The translations under genes and the position numbers were made by a program. Source: Vitrella brassicaformis CCMP3155 (lineage: Eukaryota; Protista; Chromerida). Taken from it: a stretch of DNA of 64,000 nucleotides. The notes beneath the pieces were generated by a model. The model searched no databases and was not told where the DNA came from. It saw only the letters and a list, made by a program, of their open reading frames with translations. Below are positions 36,402-48,900 of this stretch, in pieces; within the stretch, counting starts at the first letter, position 1; each line of letters opens with the position of its first letter. The stretch covers positions 1 to 64,000 of the forward strand of contig CDMY01000263.1 of assembly GCA_001179505.1 (NCBI GenBank), read 5' to 3'.

Positions 36402-39172
36402 TCATAGGGGGCGATTGAGTCTCAGACTGGTGGACTCCATGCTGAAGAACCCCAATTTGTCGGAAGGCTGATGGGCTCTGAAACGACGCTGCATGTTGCT
36501 CGCGACAGCGTTGCTCCAGAAACACATGGACGAAGTATGGTTGCCCTGCACAGACGGCACGAGGGGAGGTGAAAACACACTCATGCCGTCTCTTCGTATG
36601 TATGTTCGTATGTATGTGTGTGTTGACGTGCCTTCAGGTGCATACAAGAGGCCATGATTGCGATGGCATTGCAGAAGAGGACGTCACAGCTGCTGGCATC
36701 CACCTCACCTACCAACACACCACCACACATCAAGATACACAGGCCACACTCCGTCGATCCCCACAGACAGACAGACACACAGACAGACACACGTACCGTG
36801 AAGGTTGAAATAGACTCCTAAACAGGCTGGCAGATCTGCAGCGCGCCCGCCCAGCTCCCACTCACTTAGCCCTTCCGCACTCGCCAGGGCGGCCGACGAC
36901 ACGTGAAACTGCAAGATGGCCTCTCCCAGTGGTGTGCTGGTTGTCAAGTGTGACTTGAGGGCGGCCAGAAAAGGCACGACACCGATAGCTGATGTCAAAG
37001 GTGCACCATGAGAACCCACCTGGACCCATCTCAAAGTCGGCATGAGGGCGGCAATGCGGGTGACCACGTCTCGCTTGTGTGGCGTTGTGAGGGCGCTCCG
37101 TGCAACAGAGACGCTATAGGCCTTTGGAAAGGTCGTGGATGCGATGTTGGCTGCCGTCTGCTCATCGCCCGAGATCAGCACAGAGCTCGCCCCAGTGGCC
37201 AGGTGGTTGACAATCTTGGGCACCCAGAGGCAGCGTTGGGTGAGCGCCAAATCACAAGGTCGGCAGCCACGTCCCCATGAGTACTAGAGAAACAAGGCCC
37301 CTTCTTCAAAAGAGTATCAGGGTGCACCACGGCGGCCCTGAACCCCACACAGACCACCGACCAGACATGTCATTTCTGCCTCGCTGGCTGCCGCTGTCTG
37401 AGTGCTCACGCGAGGTCAGCCACTTGCTCGATCCGGCCGCTGTCCGCGAGGACCTCGCGACGCTGCCAAAAGCTCAGCCATTCCGGCGGCATGATGTCCA
37501 ACGAGGCGTGGTCGAGCTTGGCCTGTACGCCCCGCGCCACCAGCGTCTCGCACAGCTGCTGGATGGCATCGGCACCAGCAGCCCACACGTTGATGCCCCG
37601 CAGAGAGCGCAGCCTCGAGAGGGAGCTGCCGACGGGCAAGACGCTCAGAGCCTCCACCGCCGCCAGCACCGAGTGCCCCCCGAGATCGACTGCCTTAAGC
37701 CTCCCACCACCGCATCCCTTGACCCACTCCATCACAGCATCTGCCCCCACGTTCTCCAGCAGGGTGAGGGTGTTCAGGTTAGGTGTGGCCCACTCCCTGC
37801 CGCGGCGCACACGGGCGCAGGCTGGGGGCAGCCCAGTGACGGTCTTGAGTGCTGGGAAATTGACCGGCGATGAGGGGGCCGGGAGGGGGGTGGATGCAGG
37901 GGTAGGAAAGGGAATGACACTGCAACTCCTCTGGATCACACTCTTGAACGACAGCTCCTCCAGAGTCCCGTGGTCTGCCTGTCCCTCGAGGATGGCGACC
38001 CAGATGCCCAGACACCAGTCGGGCCGGCCGCAGGGGACTCGGACCCTCAGTGCCTTCAAGTTGCACGCTCTTTGGCCCCACCGGTAGGCCACAGGGAGTT
38101 GCATGGCCTCCCACATGCGCCGTGCCGTTTCGTCAGCACAGTCGATCACCAGGTGTGTGTAGGTGGCGGCGGACTGCAGGAAGATGCTCGTGTCGATGGA
38201 GGGCCACAGCTGGGTCAGCTGCCAGGGCGTCAAGTGGCCGAGGACAGAGGCGACGTTTTCATGGGACAGCCGATGGGACTCCTGGGTGACCAGGGAAGGA
38301 ACAGACAGACAACTTGATGCGCGCAGGTGTCAAGTTGACATTGTTGGTTCACCGGCTCACGATTGGTCTCTTGCTGTCGGCTATCCTGCTGAACCAAACG
38401 GCAGGACATTCCCGCGCCAGCAAGCTGAAGCAACACAAAAGGGGAGGCTTGTCTCGCCCCTCCGGGGCCGCCCGTGTGCCCCTCTCTACCTGGCGCCAGA
38501 GTCGCGTGCAGCCGATGACAAAGTGACGAATGAGAGCGCCAAACGGACTGGCAGACCCAATCCGCCGAACCCTGTGTCGTCTCACCGGGGGACGGACAGC
38601 AGGAAGAGCAGCAGCCTGCCCCATCAACCAACCAGCCACACCAGGAGAGTGCCACTCACCCCATATGAGCTCTCTCTGTGCCTTCCTTCAATCGATTGGA
38701 TGAGAACCTGCCTACCTGTGCGTGCGGCGGTGCAGGTGTGGCCTTGAGTGACTGCACGGTGCTGGCCAGCAAGGGCTCCACTTTCGACAACTGGGTGGCG
38801 ACGGCATTGACTGGGGCGGCGAGGAGCGAAAGCTGGAAACGAAGCTCCGACAAAGACGCCTACACGACCGACAGACCAGACAGCGAACAGCAATCGGTGA
38901 CGAGCTGAGCGAGGCTCCCGATTGATAACCTACCTGTGGGCTGCGGTCCGCAGGATCCATCTGGTTGATCTGAGAGAGATGCTCATCCACCTGCCATGCA
39001 AGGCAGCAGCGCGACAAAACAAACACTCACAGATCCACCCGGCGCATCTTGTCTGTGGTGTGGCGCGGTTCCCCTCCCTCACCTTTGTAGCTTGCTGCAT
39101 GAGCCGCTGCAGGTTAGAGGCCGTCGACTGAGCGTCCTGCTGCAGCTGCCTCAGCCGCAACTCGTTGCTCAT
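36402..39172 (-). CDS. Vitrella-type lineage-specific F-box-like/LRR-like family protein (gene Z)
   Basis: N-terminal coiled coil, then VASVLGHLTPWQL, YTHLVID, WGQRACNLKALRV, GTLEELSF, FPALKTVTGL and LSRLRSLRGI. These are degenerate LRR-like segments spread over several exons. Confidence 0.7.
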
Positions 39173-39397
39173 CTGGTCTGTCAATGAGTCATTCACCTTG
39201 TTCGCCCTGCCGCAATCCTTAGGCGCCTGTGGGGTGGCTACTTACTTTCCCGTGCACAGTCTTGAATTATCGGACGTCGGGCTGGTGTGCCGTTGCCCGA
39301 CACCCTGTATCCCGAACCCTACAGTTTACTCAGTGTGTGTCTGTAGATTGACGGTCGAGGCCTCGATTGCGCTGCCTTTCGTGCAAGCCCGACAAAA

Positions 39398-39524
39398 AGA
39401 GAGATAGCACTCCCTGCGTGTGTCTCAATTCTTGTTGCCGCAGGCTGCAGGAAAGCCAACGGGCTGCCGAGGCGACGAAGAGACACGTGTCTCTCTCTGT
39501 TCCTAAACTATTGTATCATCGCCC
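39398..39524 (+). repeat. Dispersed repeat A, copy 2
   Basis: Same ordered blocks as 35949-36071, ending TATCATCGCCC. Confidence 0.8.
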
Positions 39525-39800
39525 ATGAAGCACCCAGCCAGATTTGTACAGCACAGGTTACTACGCGCCGCCTTGTCTCCCACTCAGCGGCAGCCCCTCC
39601 TCCCTCTGGCTTGGTATGCAAGCACACGGGCAGGCAGGCAGGCAGGCAGGCAGGGAAAGAGATATGGATCTGGGCAACGACTGACCGACCCCCAACTTGC
39701 AGCCCTTTAGTGACACCACATGCAGCCAGCGTCTCACTGCGCTCCATCTCTGCCGACGCACGTACGTACGCAGGTACAGTACACCCAGCTCTCATCTCTG

Positions 39801-40137
39801 TCAGGGTAATCGAAATTGCGGCAGCCAGATGGCCGACAGCCTTCGAAAAGCATAACTGCACACACACAGAGAGACAGACAGACAGACGAGGTTGGTTGTG
39901 GGGTCCCTGCCTGCACGCTTGTATGAATGATGCGTGTACCTGAAGAAATCAAAGTCGATAGGTGAGTGGACTGTCTGTATGATGGCCCACAACCCTACGC
40001 GCACATCAAACACACGCAGAGACACACACACACCTGTGGAAGTCGAAACCAAGAGGCGAGTGGACGGCCTGCTGGATGGCGTGCAGCCCTGACTCATCCA
40101 TCCATCCATCCATCCACCCCCTGCCGTGCCGTGTGTG

Positions 40138-40169
<32 letters not shown>

Positions 40170-41995
40170 TGTACCCCAGAAGAGGTGTGAAGCGTTGATG
40201 TACGCCTGTGTCTCCTCCCAGACGCTCTCGACGTCACTGTCGCTGGTGGAGGCCGCGCAGCCCTCACTGTTGTTGTTGGTCTGGTACCTCACCACACTCA
40301 GATACTCCCTGGTGGCATGCCAGGGAGGGACACACACACACACACACGCGCATCCGGGGCAGTCTAGGCGCCGCGCCCGAATGCTCTCGCTCTTGGTCAC
40401 CCACATCACCTCACCCACCTGATGAAATCGATCTGCTGCTCTTTGGAAGGATAATTCTCCCAGTCGCAGTCGAAACCTGACAACCCCACAGCAGACAGGT
40501 CTTTCTTTCTCCACCTGTCTGTCTGTCGACACCGCTCGCTGTCCATTTATCTCACCGACACACTCGTTGAAGTGGTTGGCGATGTCGAACCCCCTCTCAG
40601 TCGCCGCGCAGTACTCAAAATCGATAAAGTCAACCGAACCTGTGCACACACACACACACACATATACAGAGAGAAAGGGCAACACATATCCGCATTAGGC
40701 AGGCCAGGTGACAGGTGGTCGTCTGGCTGACCGTCTTCGAACAGGAAGACGTTGCCACACAGGAGATCGTTGTGACCCACAACCTGCGTTCGCACAAGAA
40801 CACACGACCAGCAGACAACACAGACGCATGACGGACTGGTTGAGAAGGACAAAGTAGTCGCCTCACTCGTACCACAGGGCTGCGGAAGCTTGACGTCTGC
40901 GCCTCGATCCGATGCATCTCCTGTGCACACACACGCACATGCACACGTACGATCCCGTGTGTCGTGTCTGCTATTCGTCCCTTTCTTTGTGTGTAACCTT
41001 TTCGATGGCATTGAGATCGAAGATGAGGATCTTCGCCGACTTGGCATAGTCGGCATCGCCCGCATGCACACGCGACACCGCATCGCGACACCTGACCCAA
41101 TAAATAACCCACACACCAACACCAACACAGGCGCATTGTCTGGCTCACCAACAACCGAACCGCTGCTGTTTTCCGATGCCCTTGCTTACTGCTGCAGCCA
41201 CTTCCACAGCTGGGGCCACAGAGTGGAGCCTGATACGGGCCCGTTCCTGTCCCCCTTGCGGCCGTCGGTGTGCATCATGAATGGCGGGATGGGGAGGGAG
41301 TGGAGGGCCGCCACACGATGGGCGATCTTCCTCGCGATGTCGGGACTCATCATCTCCGACGGCGGCTCGAACGTGCGGCCCTCTAGCCACTCCTCCAGCT
41401 GACCATTCTGAGGCACCACAGACAGTGCATTCATGCCTGCCGTGTGAATGTCGCTGTGAGCAGCGCACCTGCAGTCTGACATAGATGTGTTTCCCGATGC
41501 CGTGTGAGGCGAGGTAGTCGACGCACCGCCGCTCCTGCTCGCGATCGATGATCTCCTCCGTCTTGGGACCTGACGCCCGACACACACACACACGCTCTGA
41601 ATGTCCGGTGGTTGTGTTGGTCTCCCACCACGCATTCACCGAATATCCTCGCGAGGCAGGCCTTGGCCGGGTCATTGGTCTTGAAGACCTTGAGGAGCGT
41701 GTTGGTAATGCCGCCTTGCACCACCAAATGGCTCAATTCATCCACACACCCCTGCACAACTCACACACGGGAACTCTCTCAGACCAAAGCATCTGACTTA
41801 CAGGATCTTCCTCCCTTTTGCTCTGTCTGTCTGAACAGTCCTCTGCCTTCTTCGGTTGCTCACCGGCTGTCCCACTTGCAGCGGCGTCAGCTCGAATGCC
41901 CTCCTCTTGGCGCTGTCGATGAGTTCATCTAGCGACGTGCCGCGCTCGAAGCACAGATCTTCGCGGTCAGCAGGAAACGAAGGCGTCCGGCGCAT
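39801..41995 (-). CDS. EKI: Ethanolamine/choline kinase (multi-exon)
   Basis: GGITNTLLKV, LARIFG...IDREQE, Brenner motif GHNDLLCGN, FIDFEY, RGFDIANHFNE and HLFWGLWAIIQ. Confidence 0.93.
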
Positions 41996-42012
41996 CTCTT
42001 GCACTCAAAACT

Positions 42013-42021
42013 AAGCTCGCA
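42013..42021 (+). promoter_or_regulatory. Candidate promoter motif AAGCTCGCA
   Basis: 18 nt upstream of the ethanolamine kinase ATG. Confidence 0.5.
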
Positions 42022-42026
42022 TGGCG

Positions 42027-42049
42027 TAGGGTTCGGGTTTCAGGGTTAG
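42027..42049 (-). promoter_or_regulatory. Degenerate telomere-like triplet (CTAACCCTGAAACCCGAACCCTA on the gene strand)
   Basis: About 32 nt upstream of the kinase ATG and next to AAGCTCGCA at 42013. Confidence 0.4.
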
Positions 42050-42191
42050 AAACCCCCGGGAGAGGGATGGATGCGCGACTGTGTAGTGTGCATGTGAGTG
42101 ACCTATTGATGACATGACTACCTGAAGGTCATGAGTTGACCCCAGGTCAGTCAGTGTTATAACCAACAACACACATACAGTAAGTATCCCA

Positions 42192-43233
42192 TCAGCCATG
42201 CAGCACAACCCTCTCGCCATCAGGACCACCACAAACCACTAATCTATCCCCGCCCTTGTCCTTCCCAGCCCCTCCCCGCCTCACCAGCACCCTCAGCCAA
42301 AATGGCACACCAGACCCAGCCAGCTCCTCCCGCCGCTCATCCCCCTCTCGCCCGGCTAGATGGCATGTGAAGGGAAACGACTGTCTTGTGTGCCGGTGAT
42401 GGAGCCGCCGCATGAGACTCGGTAGCGAGACCCCAGACGCCAGCGGCAGGAAAACTGACTGCAGACATGGAGGGTCTTGCTTCCGCCGCTGCTGCAGGAT
42501 GAGCAAGAGCGGCCCCACACGGACGCACCGTAATCGCGGGGAAGATGACGGTGTCGACTGATGACCTGCAGCAATAGTGCAGCTTTCGGAGGTCGTGTTG
42601 GATTGACCATCGATGCCCTGAGCAGCTGCGGCGGGGCATGTCGATGACGCATCGGCATCAATGGACGTGAGAGAGAGCGATAGAGAGTCGAGCAGCGTGA
42701 GCCACGACGGAACATCCTCCTCGACCCCGCCTGCAACACAGACAGACATACAGACATACAGAGCGACAGGTGTGATGATGCTGCATGTACCAAGAACGTC
42801 GCGGTAGTAGCGTAAGGAGGTCTCCACACACGACACACCAAGAACTGATGCAAACCACAAGGCAACACAAGACAAACACACCACACACATGTGCACTACT
42901 GCAGACAGACAGACATCTATCTCCAGCAGCTTGGCTTGGCTTGCCCTCCTCACCCATCACTGTCGGCGCATTCATTGCATAGGCATCTTTCATGGCTCCG
43001 TCAGGCGCATCCTCTGCTGCACTCTGCCCCATCCGAGCCTTCATTCTCCCATACATGACGCCACACGCGATGAGCAGCAGACCGCCCAGCACACCCAGAT
43101 ACTGCACCGACAGGAAGGCGTGGACAGGGAAGCCGCCGGCGTGTCCTTGTCCCTGATTCACTGCTGAGCGCTGCTGCATGGCCATCCACGGGAACAAGAG
43201 CCACAGAAAGCTCCTCGGATGCGAAGCACTCAT
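42192..43233 (-). CDS. Small hypothetical membrane protein
   Basis: The first exon carries the TM segment LGVLGGLLLIACGVMY. A second ORF block lies at 42192-42740, and the splicing is uncertain. Confidence 0.4.
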
Positions 43234-43334
43234 CGGTTTTGCTTTCTCTTCATGCACACTTCCCATGGCTGGCCTCCTGCCTGCTCTTCTCCACGTACTG
43301 CCTTTGTTTTGATCTCCCTTCCCACTTGCAAGCT

Positions 43335-43344
43335 AAGCTCGCAA
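43335..43344 (+). promoter_or_regulatory. Candidate promoter motif AAGCTCGCAA
   Basis: In the divergent gap between 43233 (-) and 43358 (+). Confidence 0.5.
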
Positions 43345-43357
43345 ACGTCGTGGCAAG

Positions 43358-45003
43358 ATGAGCCGCTGTGTGGTGATCATCGGCAGCGTCCCTTGCTGCT
43401 TCAGATCTGACACGCGCCGCTTGCAAGTCGTGCAGCTTGCACTTGATTCAGACACCCAGGCGGCTGAGTGGGAGAATGTGCTGCCTATTCGGATCAAGGG
43501 AGGGCTGCCTGAGGCTCTGCAGAGCCTGCTAATCCTGCAGGTGAGGAGCCGAGAGCAATACATTCATTCGGAGGCACAGATCCATCATCTGATTGTGGTT
43601 TGTGCCTGCTGCAGTCTGTGGCTTCCTTCACCTATGTGGGCGTCCTGGCGGCCAGCGACTCATGCGCCGTGTTTGCAAGTGCCCTCGCGTCTGCCCTCGG
43701 CCTCCCCCACACCCCGATGTCCATCATCCACTCTCGTCGCCTGCCGCCCACATCATCGACGGCCATCTGCACCTCACTGGACGCCTTCAACAGCCTCATA
43801 TCGCAGCCTGCCTGGCAGCTGCCCGTCTTGCTGGAGACGATGCCCACCAGTGGGCGTCCGGGGCAGACCATGTATGTGTGTCGGACGGCCCAGCAGGGCG
43901 AAGGGCTCATCAGACAGCAGCTTGGATGGGCTGCCGCGCTCACCATGGACGCGCTGACCAGACGGAGCCAAGGTGACAGTGAGGAGAAGGCGGCAAAGGA
44001 GCCAGAGGGGGAGAGAAAAGGCGACGACAGCAGAGGGGGGGATGACGGCAAAGGCGAGCCCGAGAGTGGTGTCAAGAAGTCAGCCTTCCTGCCCCCGCCC
44101 TCTGCTGTGTTCCTCTCTCGTCTTGCTGATGACGCGCAACCGAGGTCTGCCATCCATGAGGAGTATGAGGTCCGTCTGCTCTCAGTGGGTCCATCCACGC
44201 AGCTGTTGGGTCTCTGGAGAGTTGAGTACGGCGAGAGCACGACAACCGGTCAGTTGCACGAGTGCCGGCGATGGACCTACTTTGACGGCGGCAAGCTAGG
44301 TGTCAGTGGGCAGGCCTCGTCGGCAGGCGAAGGCGCAGCCAGTGAGGCCCCATGGCCATCGCTGCTCGCCTTTCTGACGGAGTGGGTGTCGCGGGACGGC
44401 TGGCGCGTTGTGGGCGCTTATCGGTGCAGGATACGAGGGTCATGCGATGAGGGGTGGCAGATGCACAGCGTCCGATTTTGGGACGTGTGTGGTGCTGTTG
44501 ACGAGGGGAAGGTGGAGGGAGAGGACAATCAGCAACTGGAGACATTCGAGGAGCGTGTGGTGGCCGCTGTGGTCTGGTCTGCCTGCTCCGAGCAAGATGG
44601 AACAGGTAAGGTATCTACCTGCATGCACTCACACAAGTTGCGTACGCACGGATGCTTTCTTTTCCGTCCCACCCACCCAGATGCCACTACTGCGTTTGAC
44701 CTTCCCGGCATTCCACTGAGTCAGTGGCAGGGTGCCTTTCGATCCGAGCCAAGCGTCACGGTGCTGCTGTACGGCTGGCGATACTGTGCCGGGCCGTCGA
44801 GAGTGAAGGCCATCCGGGGCCTCGATGAGGTGGCCCCGCTTGGGAGTGTGGATTCCTTGGTGCAGGTGGGGGATGTGATCGACGCCAGCACCCTGTGTGT
44901 GAGGGTGGTGATGGGCGGAGGGATGGTCAAGGTGGCGGCTGACGTAGAGAGGATGGTGAAGGTCAAGTGTGTGGCAGCGCCACAGCAGGTGCCGCTGCTG
45001 TAA
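43358..45003 (+). CDS. Degenerate ATP-grasp / L-amino-acid-ligase-like protein
   Basis: GVLAASDSCAVFASALASALGLP resembles the ATP-grasp N-terminal region, EEYEVRLLS resembles EYSVE, and the C-terminal VKAIRGLDEVAPLGSV..VQVGDVI resembles LAL_C2. Confidence 0.5.
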
Positions 45004-45963
45004 CGGCGCATAGAGACAAGCCAGGTGTACAGCACAGCTCGAGTGCGTGTTACATAAATGTTTTGGTGGTTTGGTTGAGTGACGGCATTGAGGTGACATC
45101 AGATCAGGGGTCTGTCTGTCGGTCCATGTATGTACGTACTTGTGTGGAGGTCACTGGACGGACGAATGCATTCCATGTACCCTACGCACACACAGCTATC
45201 TGGCCGGTGAGTGATAGATTAGACAGTTTGTCAGTCAGTCAGTCAGTGAGTGAGTCAGTCGACAGCCGATAAATATCGATCGTATCCTACCATCCATCGT
45301 ATAAGAGCAACACACACCTCACGTCACCCACCCCACGCATACCATAACACCACACCCACCACAAGAAACACCACAAGCACGTCATCCACACGACGGGCAT
45401 CGCATCGACGTGACGAGATACGACCACCACACACGACACGTGATGAAATTAACCACGGCATTCATCCATGAACACACACGCACGCACCCCTTATCCATCC
45501 ATCGTGCCATGCCGTGCCGTGCCATGAAATTAAAACTCACGCCACGCCCTTGCAGGGCGCGTCAAAGAAAAACGAAAACAAAAACGTCGCCCTGTCTGTC
45601 TGTCTGTCCCGTGCCCCCGATCGCTCCGTCCCTCTCAGAAGTATGTATGTGGCCGGTGTGAGTGTGCGTCCACCGTTAGTTGGTTAACAAAAACGACCGA
45701 CTAGAAAAGTTATCAATCTGTGCTCGCCTCGCCTCGCCTCGTGTGCGTGTAAGTAATGTGTGTAGACCGATATAGATAGGTAGACAGAAGGGTATGGTAT
45801 CTCTCCATGCCATGCCATGTGTACGGTACGTACCAAGAATGACTGAGTGGGCCAGTTAATGCATTGCGTTCATGTACTTAGTGTACGCAACGACCGACAG
45901 ACCGACCGACAGACGAACCGAGCCCCAATCCAATTGTCATCCCCTCACCGTACTGTCATCAGG

Positions 45964-48900
45964 TCAGATGTCTTCTCCCGTTCTGTTGGAAGGCGACGGT
46001 GAGCTGCTCTCAGACACCTACACACACACACACATCCATCCCATTCAAGAATATGACCACGGGAGCGTGCCTATTTGGTCGCCTGCCTCTTTGCCTGCGC
46101 ACGTACGTCAGGTGTGCCGTCGTCTTGTGGTTGTGCGAGTAGTATGAGTAGCTTGAGGTCCTGCTCCCCCTGGATGGCTGCAGCGATGGCCCCAGCATCC
46201 AGGTGCACCTCGCCGTCAGCCGCACTCGTGAAAGACAGCCGCACACCCCCGATCTCCAACGCCCACAATGGCGACACCGAGGCTGCCGCGGGGGCCACAG
46301 ACAGATCCTCAACCGTCATCAGCTGCACCCTGATTGATGACATGAAAGACCAGACAGAGGACCGTGCTCATCCGATCGGTGGACGCCACGCCACGCCCGT
46401 AGCTTACTACTTACCTGAGTCCATTTGTGATGGTCTCGTCGTCTTCCAGGTCTGTGCCGCTCGCCTTGGTCTCAAAATGCCTGACAGATAGACGAGATAG
46501 GTGCGCACACACGCATATGCACTATCGGGAGAGCTGTACTGTACATATGGCATATGGCTCGTGTGTGGGTGGGTGTTAGAGTGACGATACATACCTTTCT
46601 GGTTCGGATGCGCGTGCGACTGGTGTGAGTCTGAATGCGAGTTTCTGGCTGCGGTAGGTGAATGACGAGCACGTGAGGGCCGATGACGACTTCCACCCTC
46701 GCATCAGCTGCCGGTAACACGGTATCACCAAACGCACACGCACCACCTGCACAGACACACACAGACACACACCGCACACAGACAGACAGACGATAGTTGA
46801 TCAAGACAAGACGCACTGCACTGGTGCATTGCATCCCGCCTCGCAAGTCAAGTCCCTGGCTGGCCTGGCTGGTTCAGCTGGCTGACCTCGTCTTTGATCC
46901 TGATGTTCATCTGTCCAGCCCTGGGTGAGATTTCAATGCCCCTGCCGTCCTCCTTGTCCATGGAAGCGATGTAGGGTGCGTCGAACACACGCATGGCCAC
47001 GTGGAACCCCCCCTCGTGCTGGTAGCGCCCCACACGATCCAAATCCATCACATGCAGACTGCGCAGTGACACCGGCAAGGCAGTCCCCGGCTCCCACCTG
47101 ACACACACACACATGCACACAGCACAGCACAGAGAGACAGATGGCTGGTCTTCGGATGGCAGACAGACATATGTGTCGCTCGTTGCCCAACCAGAGTAGG
47201 ATGGGTGGGTTCCATTTCCAGGAGCCCTTGCTGGTCTCTATGGCGGTGACGACGGCCAGGCCGGCCTCATCCTCCACTCGGTGTGCCGTCACACCAGACT
47301 GCAGCAGTGGGGGGTCCATGAACTCAACGTAGAAGCCGCCCTTCCGACCCTTGTCGCCGTGGCGCTCCCCCCCGCTGCTGAAGACCAGCCGGGCGCACAG
47401 CCGCTGCTGGCCGTGGGACAGCGGCTCGCTCGACACCTCGTAGCTGACAGAGGGCGTCTTGATGTGGGCCGCCCGCAGCATGTCGAAGGCGGGGAAGTGG
47501 ACCACCTCATAATGCTGCATTGCAGGTAAACAGAGGGCACGAAATCTTGAGAGATTATCCATTGCCTGTCTGTCTGTCTGATTATCTTAGTCTTTTATCT
47601 ACGTTTTGTTGCTCGGTGGTGATTCCCTGTGCGATTCTGAGTGAAATGTCGAGTGGGTCCTTCTTCTTGGGCAGCGACAGGCATATGACCTCGCCGGTGG
47701 TGGCGCCCCTGGCCAGGTGTGCCGGGGGGTGGGCCTTGCCATTGACCTCGCCCACCCACATGAGCGGCCCAAGGCTGTCGGCTGGACCCTCACGAGTCAC
47801 GTGCAGCGCACCGGATGCTGCCACAGAGCACTGCAGCGAGGCAGAGGAGCCTGGGAGGCCGAACCGGGGAGTCGGGATGGGGGAGTCCACTCCACACACC
47901 TGGGGGGGGTGGGGGATGGATACGATAGATACATGGCATCATATCATCACAGAGATGTCATGTCACGTATGCAAAGCAAAGCTTGTGCGTGTTTGTGGAT
48001 CAGGCAGGGAAGGGCTCACCTGTGAAATGGCGGCGAAGTGGTGCAGCTGCAGAATGGCGTTGGCGAGAAAACCGGCAGGCCGCTGCATCAGACACACAGA
48101 CAAGACAAGACAGGACAGGAAGGCACCCACGTGCGACTCGACTTCCATCTCTGTCTGTGTGTCTCTCTCCCTCACTGCGTCAGGTTTGGGTATGGTGACG
48201 GCCACCGAGGGCGCCTTGAAGAAGTCGATGACCAGCTCCAGACATCCCCCCTGCGCCCCACACAGCTGCAGCAGCTCGTCCAGTCGGGGCAGAGTAATGT
48301 CCCCGCGGATGCGCTCATCGTCCCCGCCTCCGTCAGCTGTCAGGAGCTCCACCTTCCTGCCCGGCGCGCCTGTCATCTCCACCACGGCCAGGAGGCCGCT
48401 CCACTTACCGCCCTTGCCCTCCTTAGCGTTGGGGGCCGGCCAGCCCTCGAGGGTGAGTGTGGCGGGTGTCTCTTGCTGGTGCTTGTGTGGGTGGAGGGAG
48501 GCCTTGATGCACCACTCCATGCCGTCGATCTCCACCGACAAAAGGGGGCAGGGCAGACAGTGGTCCGACCCGCAGAGATCGAAGAAACGCTGGGCCGACT
48601 CGAACCGCAAAGACACACCAGAAAGGGTCTGAACGAAAGCAGGCATGACACGGCACAACACACATCCGTCCATCCGTCCACTCACACAGCAGATCAGATC
48701 GCTATTTGCTTTGCTCACCGGTTTGGTGACGGATGGTCCCTCGATGAGGTGCAGGAGTATGTCAAGTGATCGTCCGCCTGCGAGCCAGAGGACGTGTCCG
48801 GCGTCGCCCCCCAGGCCCCACGCACACCGGTCGCCCCGCTCCTCGTCCAGCAGTCGCGGTGGGTACTTCTCGCCGCGGACAGTGATGCCGCACGTGTACA

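Noticed and set aside
30853-39524. Classical TIR transposon, LTR retrotransposon or Helitron
   Set aside because: I found no inverted termini, TG...CA ends, TSD, TC/CTRR ends, or transposase/RT/Rep ORF. It is kept only as an unexplained repeat architecture.
1223-45003. Biosynthetic gene cluster (P450, PLP lyase, ATP-grasp-like)
   Set aside because: The enzymes are about 20 kb apart and separated by unrelated housekeeping genes, with no evidence of linkage.
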